Shown piece by piece: positions 13,142 to 26,799 of a stretch of 64,000 bases of DNA. How positions within the stretch are numbered: position 1 is the first letter of the stretch; each line of letters opens with the position of its first letter. The notes beneath the pieces were generated by a model. That model was not told the origin of the DNA and searched no databases. It was given only the letters and a program-made list of their open reading frames with translations. Where the stretch lies: positions 14,756,001-14,820,000 of the forward strand of contig OZ287748.1 of the NCBI GenBank assembly GCA_965649765.1, read 5' to 3'. The stretch is from Bispira polyomma (lineage: Eukaryota). The position numbers and the translations under genes were made by a program.

Positions 13142-13699
13142 GGCCATTGCACACTGAAACCGGTACGCCGCGACACGGCAAAAATATAGAAACCTAATAA
13201 TAATAATAATAACTAGCCATTGCAGACTGAAGAAGACCCGAAGCGGCCCATCACGACGCGACCAGTTTTTTTGAAATAGAAATTTCTCTATATTTTGGTG
13301 GTGTCGCGTCTGAGGACCAAATATTTAACTTTCATGGTTAATTGCAATCGATTGCAATTATTAATGACATCTCTGCTAACTCTGGAAATCACTACAATCT
13401 CATTTTAAATATAAATTGGTATTTAAGGATGTGGCGAAACATGCCACAAGAACATTTAAACTTACTTGCAATTTTAAAAAGAGTATTCATCTATTTAATC
13501 ATTTTGATTGCCAACAAGCGTGTGACATATATTTTAGAACATATTATACCAAATGGTTCTGTAATATTTTAATCTCTATACTTTTTTCAATGTTACTGCT
13601 GTGTACTGTCGCTTTTGGTGTGTAAGCAAGGTATATTTGCTGCAGTGTTGCGTCAGCAAGGGCCGTGTCGCGTCGCGCCGGATTCAGTGTGCAATGGGC
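13142..13699. mobile_element. PIF/Harbinger-like MITE, about 558 bp
   Basis: About 38-bp TIRs GGCCATTGCACACTGAAACCGG..GCGACACGGC versus GCCCATTGCACACTGAATCCGG..GCGACACGGC. Flanks ATA and TTA resemble a TWA target. Confidence 0.8.
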
Positions 13700-15124
13700 T
13701 TAAGATAAACAAGAAAACAGGAACAAATGTATGAATGGTTTGAGATAGATTAACTCATTCAGGTTGGTCACTCCATTGAGATACACCACTTTAGTACCCA
13801 TTCAATACTTGAAGGAGGTGGCTTGTGGAGTTGAGATCTAATTATTGATATGATAATAAATATCTTTGTGGTTAATGAAGAGGCCTCTTGTATACAAATA
13901 ACACACAAAGATTCTGTAGTAAATAAAAAAGGCCCAACTTAATAGGGTAATAAATTAGTTAAGTTTTGACTAAAACTATTGAAATTTGAAAAAAAAAGAA
14001 CCAATTTATATTTACCTTCTTAAACATTTTTTTATGAAAAACAAACAGTGCATTTACAATAAGGTGTATTACAATATTACTAATAAAGTACTAATTATAT
14101 TAATACATTTTGGTTTCTAATTTATAAAAATGTGTTTTAGGCCTTAACATATTAAAAGAATGTGACTAAAACTTATATGGCCAGTGTCTTAATAAGGTAA
14201 TAAAGGGATGAACTCCTCTATTTATAAAGTGACCGGAGCTAATTATTGCCAGTGATTATTTCTTCACAACTGACCTCAAAGGAACCCTACCTCCCTTTAT
14301 TTACGTGACCTAGTGGGGTGTGTCATAAAATACAGATTTTAATGAAATTCTAAATTCAGAGATAATTTGGTCATTATGGTTCATGATTAAGCCAATTTAC
14401 AATTTGAATGGAGTAACAAAAAAGTAGGAGGAGCATATATACCTTTCAAGCTAAAAGGAGAATAAAGGGGCATAGAGGAGTATTGTTAAAACTAATATTT
14501 CATAGAAAGCTTAAAATTAAAATACCTACATGTATGTTTAGTGGTTAGGTTTAGTGGTACGCCCCAAGACAAAGTGGGCTGTGAGGTTGTGGGTTTGAAT
14601 CCAACTGGTAAAATGTGCCTAAGACACTTAAAAGCTTTTTTTTAATGTGTGTAAAGTGTATTGTACTGAAAGGAGTATTTAAAATCTTAAAATCCGACAA
14701 ACTAAATAAATACATAGTGAATTCGTAATATATTGTCATTTACATCCACTAGAACTTAAGCACTAATATATTTTAAGATTATAAATCACTTATAACTATA
14801 ATTAATTTTGTATCTATTTATTAATTTTAACAAATGAAAAATATATTAAAATCCTGTTTGAGTATATTTTTGTAAAATATTTATTAAAATAAGTAACTTT
14901 ACCATTTATTCAAAAACAAGTTAAAATTTATTTGAACATTTATTCTTTGTGGTCTTAGTGATGGATGACAATAATGATGAGTACCATAAAATTACTGAAT
15001 AGTTATAGAATGCCAGACAAGTTTGTAATCTAAATAGACTGATAGACTATTATCTCAACTTCTGTTATCTAATTTTTTTTAAAAAATAAAAATCACTGTT
15101 ACACAATTTATAAGTGTGTAGAGT

Positions 15125-15351
15125 GAGAAATCTAAAATTCGCCACTGTATCTAAAATTCGCCACCTAGAAAATGTTGTGTTTTTGGTAAAATTGTAGGTA
15201 AATATTTGGGTAAATTTTTTGCTGAAATTGATATTTTTGTGACTGTTTTGCCTTACTTACTGGAATTACAGTTATTTTTTGCCAGTTTTTATTGATTTGG
15301 CTTACGTTTTAGGAGTGGTAATTTCAAATACAATGGCAAATTTTAGATTCC
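15125..15351. mobile_element. MITE (family shared with 58121-58326)
   Basis: Termini AATCTAAAATTCGCCAC..., with a matching inverted end and a homologous interior (GAAAATGTTGTGTTTTT, CAGTTTTTATTGATTTGGCTTA) in both copies. Confidence 0.7.
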
Positions 15352-15532
15352 TTAATCTTGTAAATGTTTTTGTATGGTTCCTGAATGAATCCTGTAATCC
15401 TAACAAACATCTTCCCCCTCACACTTGTGGATAATAGAGGTTTTACTGTTTATATTAATAACCTAAAATGACATAAATTCTCCATTTAAATTCCTACTCA
15501 GTCCTGTATCTTCCTGCTTTCTGGGATTCAAA

Positions 15533-15768
15533 GGGGGCACAGTGGCCTAAGTGGTAAGAAACGCCTGCTTCACAATCATTTGCATTGACACCAATGGGGG
15601 TTGGAATCCTGTTTATGTGGGAAAGTTTGTCAGGTAGTTGCTGATCAGTGGTTTACAGTGGTTTACATAGTGGTTTCAGCACTGGATTCTTCTACTTTTG
15701 AATCTGGCTCTTGCGATATGACCTAAGCTGTTGGAAGCGACATGAAACCTGACTAAATTCAAATTCAA
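15533..15768 (+). mobile_element. tRNA-derived SINE (V-domain/RUDI-like family S1)
   Basis: A-box-like GTGGCCTAAGTGG, B-box-like GGTTGGAATCC, body GGGAAAGTTTGTCAGGTA..., tail GATATGACCTAAGCTGTTGGAAGCGAC...(AAATTC)n. Homologous copies at 25738 (minus), 35400 and 55990. Confidence 0.75.
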
Positions 15769-16544
15769 GGATAAAAGGGCTATTTTTCTGCCTTAGTTAT
15801 TAAAAAGTGGCCAAAATTATATGCAGCCTAATATTTGTATTTTACAGTAATCACAGACAATTCAGGTAACCCAGGCGTTGCACCTATTTGAATTTAATGG
15901 TACAATAATCACCTAATTATCTGTTATTAAATTCTTCCCAGGACAGGAATATATACATGTGAAGTATATAATTTTGACGTCAGTCAGGAAATAAAATGAA
16001 GTTGTAAAATGTCTGTCTCGATTTCTATTGTCTGAAACTAGACACGGTACTAAAGATATAGATTCAACTACTGTATCATTTTAAGTTTTTTTAACTGAAC
16101 TAAAATTCTTTACTATTTTTCTTTTTAGTTTAATTGTGTTCAAATTTATATGCAGTGGATTTATGTACCTTTTATCTGGTATTCAATAATGCTGAAATTA
16201 AGTTTTTCTTCACTGCCCAAATGCAAGTACAGCCAAACAACACACATAACTATCATTCACCTAACTGAACAGATAGGCTTGGGGATGACACCAGTTATCA
16301 ATGACCACCACGTTAAGTGGTCATCCAAGCCACTATTTCTCTGGTCGCCCTAGGCTGGGATCAAACCAAGGTCCTGTGAGTTCTTGAGAGTGGTGTGTCA
16401 CTAATACTAAGGTCACAGTGGAAGTTGTGTATAAAAAATTACTTATAATATTTTCACCATTACTTGGTCAGTCTAAGTTCAATTCACATTTGTATTTTTC
16501 ACAGTTTGTATTTTTTAGTATTCATTGGGAAAAACAAGTCAATC

Positions 16545-16765
16545 AAGAAAGAGGCACTCACTAGAGCGCTTACCTCTGCCGAAGCATCACAGTGCCAAAA
16601 AGTGAAAAAATATATTTCTGTATCCCATATCAATGCTAGGGGACCAATATTCCTTAGGCCCTTCAACCTAAGTCACTTATATCAGTAGTTTTTGTGTAAT
16701 AATTGTAACAGACAAACCAACTAACGGACATGGATAAAAACATAACGTCCTTTGAGTAGGTAATC
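16545..16765 (-). mobile_element. HINE family H1 copy
   Basis: Minus strand starts ATTACCTACTCAAAGGACGTTATGTTTT and ends TTCGGCAGAGGTAAGCGCTCTAGTGAGTGCC (subterminal inverted repeat plus hairpin). Confidence 0.65.
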
Positions 16766-17297
16766 AATTTTAGGTTATAAATTTCAACTCATAAATAATA
16801 TTTGCAGGTCCAACTTCCCAAAAAGAAAAAGCCAAATTCAAAACTCTTTGTCAGTTGTTAATTTTTAAAACTGGCTTTACTTTCAACCTTAATTCAGTTC
16901 TGCCTTGCCTTGGCTGAAGGAAAAAAATATTGTTATCAGAGACGACTGTTAATGAAAAGTTATAGGACACTTAAAAATGAGATGTAGAAATATAATACCA
17001 ATGATGTATAAATAATGATATTAAAAAAATCGTAGGAAAAAAGTACCATCCAGGGTTTCATAATAAAAAATATACTTCTTTTTAACCAACATAGCTGCAA
17101 GAATTGTGTTCCAAATACATAATTCCTTTCTGAAATTACACTCTAGTAGCTTAAAGTATTGTTGTTTTTTTATGTATTTCTAAGTTAGATTTTAAATACA
17201 AAGTGCAACACCCAAATTAATTAATCATGTCTCCTACAACATAGCCTGGTTTTCGTCATCAGTAGGCAATAGCATGTTGACATCTTGCCCAGTGATG

Positions 17298-17653
17298 TTA
17301 TTATTATTATTATAGATTTTTAACGCGCTTTATTGATGCTAGGCATCTTCTAAAGCGCAACAGCAGAATCATTGGTCCAATCATTAAGTCCATGGACATT
17401 GCAAAGTCGTAAGGAAGGAAGTGGGAGTGTGCACAAGGAAAGCTAAGGTGGGTAGGCAAGATTAAAAAGACAGGTTTTAAGCTTTTTCCTAGAACCGGTA
17501 AGTGTGTCAACTGATAACCGTGGAACTGCAGTGGAGAACGCTCTGAATCCCACCTTTCATATCCCACCAATAACCTAGTGGCATTAGCAAAAGTTAAACC
17601 TGGGACCTTCTGCTCACCAGACCAATTCCTTACCTACTAGGTTATATGAGACC
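17298..17653 (-). mobile_element. Putative tRNA-derived SINE with L2-derived tail
   Basis: Degenerate tRNA-like head at 17653-17590, then sequence encoding SRKKLKTCLFNLAYPP* (L2 ORF2 C-terminus), an L2-type 3'UTR and a (TAA)n tail. Confidence 0.6.
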
Positions 17654-19044
17654 ACAAAGAAAAATGAAATACAAGGCATTTTTGTATAAAACAACATCAA
17701 AATATAAATTTGGGAGACTGGAAATGAGTTCATAACATTGTAAAGTTCATAAAATTTAAAGTTGGTAAAACTAAGACTATAAATTGTACCCGTTGCCTTG
17801 TATTTTAAAACAATTTTAATACAGCCAAATAAGGACCTAAATGTTGAGTTCTAGATCGATGATTTCTAAAAATTGATTTAAATGATCTGTTCTTCTTGGA
17901 ATAAGTATTAGTGTATTGAATTAGAAAGCTAAAAGAGTTATATATTTAAAAAAAAAAATACAGACATTAAAAAAGTGTTTGTATTGATATATATTTGTTG
18001 ACTTTTGATCAATAGAAAACCCAGGAATATATATTTGTAGAGATAATAATATTCACTTGCAAATTGAAAATTAGTGAATGACTGTCTGAAAAAAAACAAC
18101 CGACTGTATTTACATATGTGCGAATGGGTGTTGGGACCAAAAAAGCTGTAGACTTCATTTAAAGATTAATTACTGCTATCGGATTAGAAAAGAGTACACA
18201 TCAACCTTAGGGCAAATTTCTCGCTGTTTTTCAAACATTGATATATTTCATAACTTTCAGTCATAATAAGTGACAAAGTTAATCAAACGTTGAACCGTGA
18301 AATGGATTATGAATCTTTATCAAATAAACAGTTTTGATTTTTTTACTGTCATTAAATCCCAGAGATCACACTTACGGGTAACACACACAACAAAAATGAT
18401 TTGTATATAATATTTGGCAATAAGTTTCCTTTTGAATTCTATATATAATAATGAACAATATATATTTTTTTCATTTTCTGTAATTATATATCTTTACCCT
18501 TAGGCCAAAAGAGAAAACCAATAGCAGATTAATCAGTACATGCTACAATGTGACAGCTTACGATTAATGACTCTATAATTTAATTCATCATTTTTGGGTA
18601 ATATCATGTACTACTATACTTTAAGTCAGCTTCAGATATTTTTCAATTAAATATTTACTATTTTAGATTAAGCTAAAAATCAGCATACAAGTGTACATTT
18701 GGCATAAAACATTATGGCGATTAGATTCATTCATAATTACAACCAAACCCCTTTAAAGTAGAACTCTGGTAAATCAATTTTGCTCTTTTTAGAGAAATAT
18801 CCGTACTCCCAGAAATATCTTTTGCTTTAACATCTACCCTGTTAAGTAGAAATCCTGCTTAAATAAAGGTACCTCCTATGGTGTACTTTGACATTTGACA
18901 TAACAGTGTTCAGCTGTGATTCTTCAAAAAACATTAAAACTATTTAGAGTAACAAATTTACTATTTCCATTTAACCTTTCTTTTTCCAAATTACATCCTG
19001 TTAAGCATAAGCCCTTAGTTAAGAAGGCAGCATTTTTTTTGTTT

Positions 19045-19460
19045 ATGCCCTGTTCACATATTGGCTGTATATGGTAGGGAATACCAGAAGGCATCATAAC
19101 TTGTCTTTCCACCTATTAAATCGGCTGTTTCATCTGGGCAAAATACACCCCCTGAAACTTGTACAGATAACCTTTACAGATGGAATCAGATGGAAAAAGA
19201 CCTGAACTTACAATTACTGCCATGGAAGACTACTGGGACAGAAAGAGTTACAGTAGTGATTCGGCAAATACTTGGAAATGGGCGGATGTACTTTTCCGCT
19301 GTGATGCGGAAGATGTTTTGTCCCTACCTGAAACTTCCGCCCAGCATGGCCAACTGCAAAAGGTTCGGGAAGAAAGCTAAACTTATGAGAACTTACATAT
19401 TGTTCTCTCGGCACTTACAAGGCGATTTTCAAAAACGTGTCTAACCACCTCTCCATTCCG
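19045..19460 (+). mobile_element. Harbinger-like non-autonomous element (family B)
   Basis: Begins GCCCTGTTCACATATT. Homologous to 22233-22410 and to 34340-34749 (reverse); shared motifs CGGCTGTTTCATCT and TACTGGGA..GAAAGAGTTACAGTA. Confidence 0.65.
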
Positions 19461-20974
19461 TCAAAGTGAGAACACAACTTTACAGTGTCATCATTTCCTT
19501 TAATGCATGTTACTTCCTTGACAAATATGTAACTCGTAAATTTTTATTAATTTATAATAAAAGAAAAACCTTGAGTGGCCATGAGGAATGTTTTCACACT
19601 TCTTTGAACAGACCAGCACATGACTACATCAATCAGATATGTTGTTTACTTACACATGCAACTCCATGAGCTTATATTAATCATAAAAAATGGAAACTCA
19701 TTAAATACATAGTTTTCTAAGCATGATAAGTGTAACAGTTCAGCAAACTTGATAGTTCTAGGTCCATAGTTGAATAATACGTCTGCTTAGGAGGTGATGT
19801 TTTTTACCCATGTCTATTGGTTTATTTTTTGTCAGCTGGATTGTGTCAAAACTCTACTGAACAGATTTTGAGCAAACTTTGTGGTGGAAGTTTATGTTTT
19901 GAACCTGTCTTTTGGCTTGCTTGTTTGATCAGAACGAAAACACAAAAAACTATTCAATTGATTTTGACCAAAATTGTGTGGAATAAATATATTTTAATAC
20001 AGATCGAGATAAGCCCTAAATACATACTCAGTACTTACTGTGTAATTTGATTAGATCTTGGGTTGGTTTTTTTTTTAATACCCAGTTGTTCGTTGACAAA
20101 GCTAACTGACAACGGGTGATTAACATGTTATAAGAAAAATGGAAAAATGTAAATCAAAACACTGTCTATAGTTTCTTTAACATGTTGAGTTAGAGAATAC
20201 TATTTGTAGCATAAAGCACAAAACTGTACAGTATGTATCATCAATAAATGGCTCTAAAGTATAAATTTCATCTTAAACATTGAAACTGTTTTGTAAATCA
20301 ATGTAAAATTTTTTAATATAATCTGAAATCAACAACTGGGTGTGAGTAGTTTTAACTGTTTGTTGGTTTTTATTTAGACACCCCACCTAGAACTGGTTAA
20401 ACAAGCTTTCCAGTTATAACATTAACGTTAATATAATTACCTTATTCCTCAAAAACTACTAGGAAATGTGAGTCTTGGTCAAATCAGTTATTCATCTAAC
20501 TTTTTTGATATGTTATCAAATGACTAACTTTGAACAGGTCTAGGTCTGTAGCTAAAAGCACAGACTCTTTGACTATTTTGTATCCCAGGGAAAAGGTTTT
20601 AGGTCAGTAAATAATACTAGAAACACTAAAATCTGACATTGGATGTCTGTTATCTACTGTTATGTGTTATTAGCTATTTTTGCAGATTAAAATATTTTGA
20701 CTTAATAATTTGCAAAATAACTGAAAACCATCATTTTGTTTTAAACGATTGTTGGGGGCATTGATAAAATTAATGAAGAAAACTTGTCCAGTTGTTGTGA
20801 AGCCTTTTCAGACATTGGTGACATCTCTTTGTGTCTGTGTCTGTGCATGTTTAACTGTACTGGGGCTTCAGGTTCATCCTTGAGACAAAAAATTACAGAT
20901 TTAGCCTTTCTGAGGCTTCAAATTATTATCAAAGGAATGAATAACTAAGTTAAATAACTCAATTGCTGCTTCTA

Positions 20975-21208
20975 TGTTATGGAATAGTCTCCCTGTTGAG
21001 CTTAGATCACTATAAACAATTTCTGCGTTTAGGAAAAAGATTAAAACCTATCTCTTCGAACTCGTTTATCTCTTAGTTTCCTTCCCTGTACACCCCAACA
21101 TCCTCCCTTAAGACCCTTTGCTATGGGGTTTTTACTTCTAATTGGTTATTTGATTCTGTTGTTGCACTTTAGAAGATGCCTCCTATTCATAAGGTGCATT
21201 AAAAATGC
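20975..21208 (+). mobile_element. L2-clade LINE 3' fragment (degenerate)
   Basis: Reads WNSLPVELRSL*TISAFRKKIKTYLF, followed by the family 3'UTR (CTTTAGAAGATGCC...GCATTAAAAAT). Confidence 0.75.
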
Positions 21209-21555
21209 AAAAAACATTCGTTTGAAATGTGTTGGAGGGATACTGATACCGCTCAATAAATTATAGAGGTGATTCAGCCAAAAGAGGCACATTTCCAGGA
21301 ATATTTTTGTCATTATTTACCACCTTGGCACAGGCATGCACTCCCCTGAGTGCCCTTCTAGTTCCATATTAACCTCAGATTTTAATCAGCCTAATGTTTA
21401 TATTCAATTTTCAATTAATTCCTTGCTCAGTAGGTTATTTAATTGTTGTTTTTAAAAATAACTGGTTTATATTCATAAAATTAGAAAAGGTATTTTTGTA
21501 TAAAACAATAGGAAAAAAAATTTGGAGAGTGGAATTTAGTTTATAAAACTAAATA

Positions 21556-21725
21556 CAGTCACGTCCCTCTAACTAGAAATCTCAATTTTTCGTAAGTGTT
21601 AAAGTAAATCTGTGCTCTGACTATGACCCTTTCTTTTAAAAATCTTCCCTCTTTAAGTGGAAATCCTGCTTAATTTGAGGTAATTCTTCTGGCCCCTTGC
21701 AGTTCCACTTAAAGGGATTTAACTG
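21556..21725. mobile_element. Tc1/mariner-type MITE
   Basis: TA|CAGTCACGTCCCTCTAA ... TTAAAGGGATTTAACTG|TA. Related decayed copies near 3060, 18750, 26600, 38715, 50900 and 51700. Confidence 0.7.
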
Positions 21726-22232
21726 TATTTTTTCCAATGCAATTTTGGATAATATTAAGGTGCTACTGTAGATGTGTTTTCAAGTAATTTAAAAATTTAA
21801 ATGTTTTTTTGTTGTTGTTGTCTACAGCCTGAGAAAGGCTATACTGATGGTCTCATCCCTCCACCTCTCAGTCACTAATTAATGGATAGTTCCTGCTGCT
21901 AAAGGACCTTCTCACTGATATGTTGTCAAGGTAACTCTCATCTTGGAGACCAACCATTATCTTCTTCTAAAGAGGTGCTCAAATGAATCACCCCTGGTAC
22001 TTTGAAGCTCATTTCCAAACTGTAGAAAGCAGTCGTTATGTAAAGTTCTAAAAATTGTAGTCTCTGCTCCAAGCTTTGAATTGGTGGTTTATTTTTTTAC
22101 GATTTTATATCTAAATACGTCAATGATTCCTGGTACTTACACCATGGGTTCCAGCAAGTTGTAAAGAAAGTTTGCCAAAAAAATCTTGCCAAAAAGTACC
22201 AGGCATATTACATGTAGATGTTTGCCAATAAA

Positions 22233-22410
22233 TGGCGCGTTCACACATCATCGGTATGGTAGGTGGAACCATAACTAAGCAAAAGCTATGGATACTTGTC
22301 CAGATAAGGTTTACAGACGGAAACAAATGGAAATAGATGGAAGCAGACAATTACTGGGATGAAAGAGTTACAGTAATGAACGGAAATACTCAGAAACTGG
22401 CGAAAATCAC
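22233..22410 (+). mobile_element. Family B fragment
   Basis: GGCGCGTTCACACATCATCGGTATGGTAGGTGG terminus and shared interior with the 19045 copy. Confidence 0.6.
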
Positions 22411-22841
22411 GTTTATATAGAGATTTTTCATCCTAATTTTAATAAAAAGTTCTTATTTTTACTAGAAATCAAAAAGGACATTAATTTTGCAAACTTCCTT
22501 CAGAGATTTATATTAACAAAAAAATAAAGTCAAACACGTTTAAGTAGATTTTATTATACAGGTGCGTATTATCTCTTATTTGAAATTCACTTCTGAAAAC
22601 CAAAATTACCACACAAGATGCGATCTCCATTGCCCTAAGGTTTTCTTTATTTTTGCCAACAGAAGTATCGAATAGCCTAATTTTAGAACAATATGTGTTT
22701 GAAATTAAAACTACAAGGTATTTACATGTACATTTGAAATTCTGTACAAACTAATTACAATACTAAAGTTACATACATGTATTTATAAATACAGTATGGC
22801 CAAAATCTGAGTTATACAGCAAAGTAAAAACTTCTACTTAA

Positions 22842-23104
22842 CCCATTTCTACCCTAATACAATGCATAACAGAAAACTATCGCCGTTGGTAACTGAAGTA
22901 AATTTTTTGTTGACAGATAGCGGAAGTCCCTAAAACACTTACCGCCAAATATTTACGGTACTTAATAATGGTCTTGTATATAATTGTTTATTGCATTTTT
23001 TTAAAAATGTAAATTATTATTTTTGTTATGTTGACTGATTGCCGACAGTCACAGGTTCTGGGAGTACAAAATGCCAGCTAGCTGAAACATAAGGGTTGAA
23101 AGGG
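22842..23104 (+). mobile_element. piggyBac-like MITE (family A related)
   Basis: TTAA|CCCATTTCTACCCT ... AGGGTTGAAAGGG|TTAA: TTAA TSD with CCC/GGG termini. Confidence 0.75.
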
Positions 23105-23633
23105 TTAAGTGGGATTTCCAGTTAACAATTTAAACTAGATCTTGTAAACTCTACCAAAACAATTTGGTTTTTGGTTTGGTTTGTCTGTAATCAGGAATTA
23201 ACAGAAACTACTGAACCAATTTGTTAGAGGGAATTGAGCCCAGGAGAGAATCAAGTAACCTTGGGAGCCCGGATCTGGCTAAGGGCAGACCCTGGATTTT
23301 TTTTCATTTTTTAATAATGTAGCATTTCGGCAGAGGTATGCACTCTACTAAAATTTACTTTTAGCCTATGCTCTTATGTTCATGATTTGCGGCTACATAA
23401 ATATATTTGTACAAACGTCACCAGGATGCTATATTTATTTAGAAAATCAAAATTTCTGAATACCAAGAATATATTCGTATACATGAGAACAATTGAAAAT
23501 AATGTATAGAGAGATTAAAATTCCCTGTCACATATTGGACATCGGTTGTCGCCAATCGTGTACATGAGAACATAAGCTTAGTAATCAGAAAATCTTACCT
23601 AGCATATAGCTCTACTGATGTCATTTGCTTGTT

Positions 23634-23810
23634 CAGTTAAACCCCTTTAAGTCTAACTGCAAGGAAGCAGGAGAAATACCACTACTTAACCAGGACTTCC
23701 ACTTATCAGGGTAGGTTTAAGAAGAAAATGCCCTTATGGAAGTACAGATGTTTCTGTACATGAGGGAAATCGACCTTCAACAGAGTCATACTTAAAAGGG
23801 GATTTAACTG
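23634..23810. mobile_element. Tc1/mariner-type MITE
   Basis: TIRs CAGTTAAACCCCTTTAAGT versus CAGTTAAATCCCCTTTTAAGT (reverse complement). Confidence 0.7.
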
Positions 23811-25737
23811 TATTTTAAATTACAGATGGCTGGTGTGGGCTTGGTTGTCTGTACATGGGTGTGTGTATATATTAATGACAAAAGCTTGACCTTTGACCTC
23901 AATCTTAAATAACACCCACACTGTTAGAGGAAATGTATTCACCAAAATAAAATGTGCCTGGTTGGTGCATGCAAAAAACTTATTAATCTCTGTGAAGTCA
24001 GAGTTTCAGAGCTACCCTGGCTATGTTAACCAATAAGCTTTATATTGAAAAAACCAACACAGCCATGTTTAAACACTAGTCCCAGGCCTTTTTTTGTCAA
24101 CTAGTTTGATGAATTGATGCTGTCATTAAATCAGGAGGTTTTCTTACATTAAATACTAGCATTTAAATCATTCAACATCTACATAAGGCAGACAAATACT
24201 AAAACATGTATATTTCACTGTCTTGTATCGTGGGTTTTTGAATGTACATTGCCTCGATAGATGTTTTCGTTAAGTATATATTTTTGGCTTTGCCATTGTT
24301 AAATGCCTATAAATTAAATAAACTACTATGTTTTGGAATTATTATCTTAAATGTTGACCTCTTATTTAACAGTTGCTACAATTTCCACATCTTTACTTTG
24401 CTGGTAAAGTATGTATATTTTGCTGATGATGAAAAGAAACTTAATCTGGTACAGCACAGTACGGACATTGATGTTCATAATTGAAAATTAAATGTAAGTA
24501 TAACATTCATTTGTCGTCAATAAAAATACACATTAATAAAATTAACAGAGAGTAAACATATAATGCACTTATCATGAATAAGTCTCAGTTTCCATGTCAG
24601 AAATGGGCGACGGCAATCAGGCGACGGCAAACAGCAATTGTTTTCGCTACCAGAAGTGAAAAAATTGCCTTGTGATTGCCCTATTGGCATTGCTTACATG
24701 TAAAAAGAGAATACACGCCGTATTTCTAAATCAATGAAACGGATAAAATTGCCATTGGCTGATCGCCTCAGAAAATTGCCTGCATGGAAAAATCCTCTAA
24801 TATATACCTTAATTTGATTCTACCTGGAGACCAGCCTGTTAGCTGTTAAGACCTTTGCAGAGCAAATCTGGCACAACATGACACAGTTGCTACAAATCAT
24901 CTACAATAACTGCCTGACAGGACTAGTGTGTACCACACCATTCATTAGGTGAGGTCGCCTTATGGGTTAAAGTGTGGCATGAAATAGGAACTGTCCAGTT
25001 ATCAGTACACTTACTTTTACATGGCAGTGTTGACCTAAGGGTCAATAGAAACAAGCCGGATCCAAATAGCGGATCCGGGAATAAATAATACAAATATAAC
25101 CGTCTACCAGTCAGGATATAATTTACACCGATTTTATGGCTTGTTTAATTTTTTCGGCAGATCCGGATCAGGCATCTGCACATTAGCATGAAATTTCACA
25201 TGATACGGCCAAATTCTCTGTTAAGTGTGAATAGCAAACGGACAATGTTCATTTTAATAATTATACAGGTCCAGATCCGCTAGAGTGTGGATCTACCTTT
25301 AATCTGGAGAAATTTAAGTTTTTAATGCAGTTCACACATTTTATTGAAAAATTACAATGCGTTTCTGTTATAAACTGATAGCAGCGACCTGTTCAGTTTT
25401 CACCCCTCTCAATTATTCATTACTTATCTGTAAATACTTAATTGTATTTTTTCTACAATTATTGTCCAATTGCTAATAAAGTAGGTTTAAATCAAAAATA
25501 CTGATACATGTAATAAATTCGCACTTACATGGTAATACTGTTGTCCAATGTAGACTTTTTATTTATCCATTTTAATTCCACGTCTGTTTGCCAGAAATTG
25601 CTGTTTGTCATTATTAATGCTATTCTGGCAGATTCAAATGAGTACATGTCACTCAACATACTGCAATTTAGATGGTGGTTAGAGAGCCTTTCTTTAGGCT
25701 CAATAATTGTCATTAAATCTCATTTAATTAAGGAGTT

Positions 25738-25877
25738 TGGAATTTATATGGGTTTTACGTCGCTTTCAGCAGCTTTTGTCATATTGCGAACACCAGAATC
25801 AGTAGTGGGAGGAAACCACTGCTGAACCACTGTAAACCACAAACCTACGGCAAGTACCTGACGAACATTGTCACATA
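25738..25877 (-). mobile_element. SINE S1, 3' part
   Basis: Reverse complement matches the S1 body and tail (GTCAGGTACTTGCC...GTGGTTTACAGTGG...GCTGAAAGCGACGTAAAACCC). Confidence 0.7.
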
Positions 25878-26799
25878 GCAAATGCATGTACATAATGTAC
25901 ATAACCAACTCTTGTGAAATACGACCCCCAAAAAAATGTACAATTAATCACACTTTCTCAGATGGAGCTTTTACACTGCATCCAATACTGGCTCTGAGTA
26001 TGTGGCAGTTTTTAATCAAGTAGACACTTCTGATTGGATTATTTTGCAGTATGCAGACAAAAATTGAAAGCAACTTCCACCTCCATACGATCCAACAAAA
26101 AATAGAGAATGTTGAATGCCATGGATGTGATTGGTTCAGATGGTGTAGATATATAGACAATATATATTGTTATTGTTTGAAAATTTTCATCTTATAGCAA
26201 AGATTCGGATCATATCCCAACAGAACCTGTTAGCCGAGCCCTTATGACATTTCTTGTTATATTTCTTGTTATATAGGAAAATTGCGGCTTGGTCAAGGCT
26301 ACTGAAGAAAAAGAACAAGAATATTGTAGATACAAGTAAAAAACTGTGCATTTTGGGCTACACAGAGATAAACTAATCTACAGATTTCTAGTAAAGGTGT
26401 GTGTGTTTTTTAACATCAATGAATTCCCTGTGCTGTAGTTAAAATCAGAAGTAGATTTGTGCTGATCCTATACATCTGACATCTTTTACATCTGAGTTGT
26501 GGGTTATCATGTTTGCCTGTGATATGATAACAGCCCATTGTGTAGGGGGCAGATAACCTGTTGAAGGGGTTGATATAAACCTGAGGAAATGCAAAGATAC
26601 TGTAAAACCTCTATTATATCAACATGTTGGGGAGAGTAATTTTTGTTCGGATAAAAGGTTCATAAAACAGAAGAGGTATTTTAGTATAATAAAATAAATA
26701 GGAAAATACACATTTGACAGGGTGAAAGTTTGTTCATAAAATTAAATATTCAAATAATACAGTTTCTACTTAGTAAGTGTTTCCATGCAATCAACTTTC

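Noticed and set aside
17232-17268. Minus-strand CCTA-CTGATGA-C-GAAA...TAGG resembling a hammerhead ribozyme core
   Set aside because: There is no stem II between CTGATGA and GAAA, and the cleavage-site base would be G, violating the NUH rule.
19180-19444. Overlapping ORFs with protein-like composition
   Set aside because: They fall within repeat family B, whose other copies differ by indels, and show no recognisable motif.
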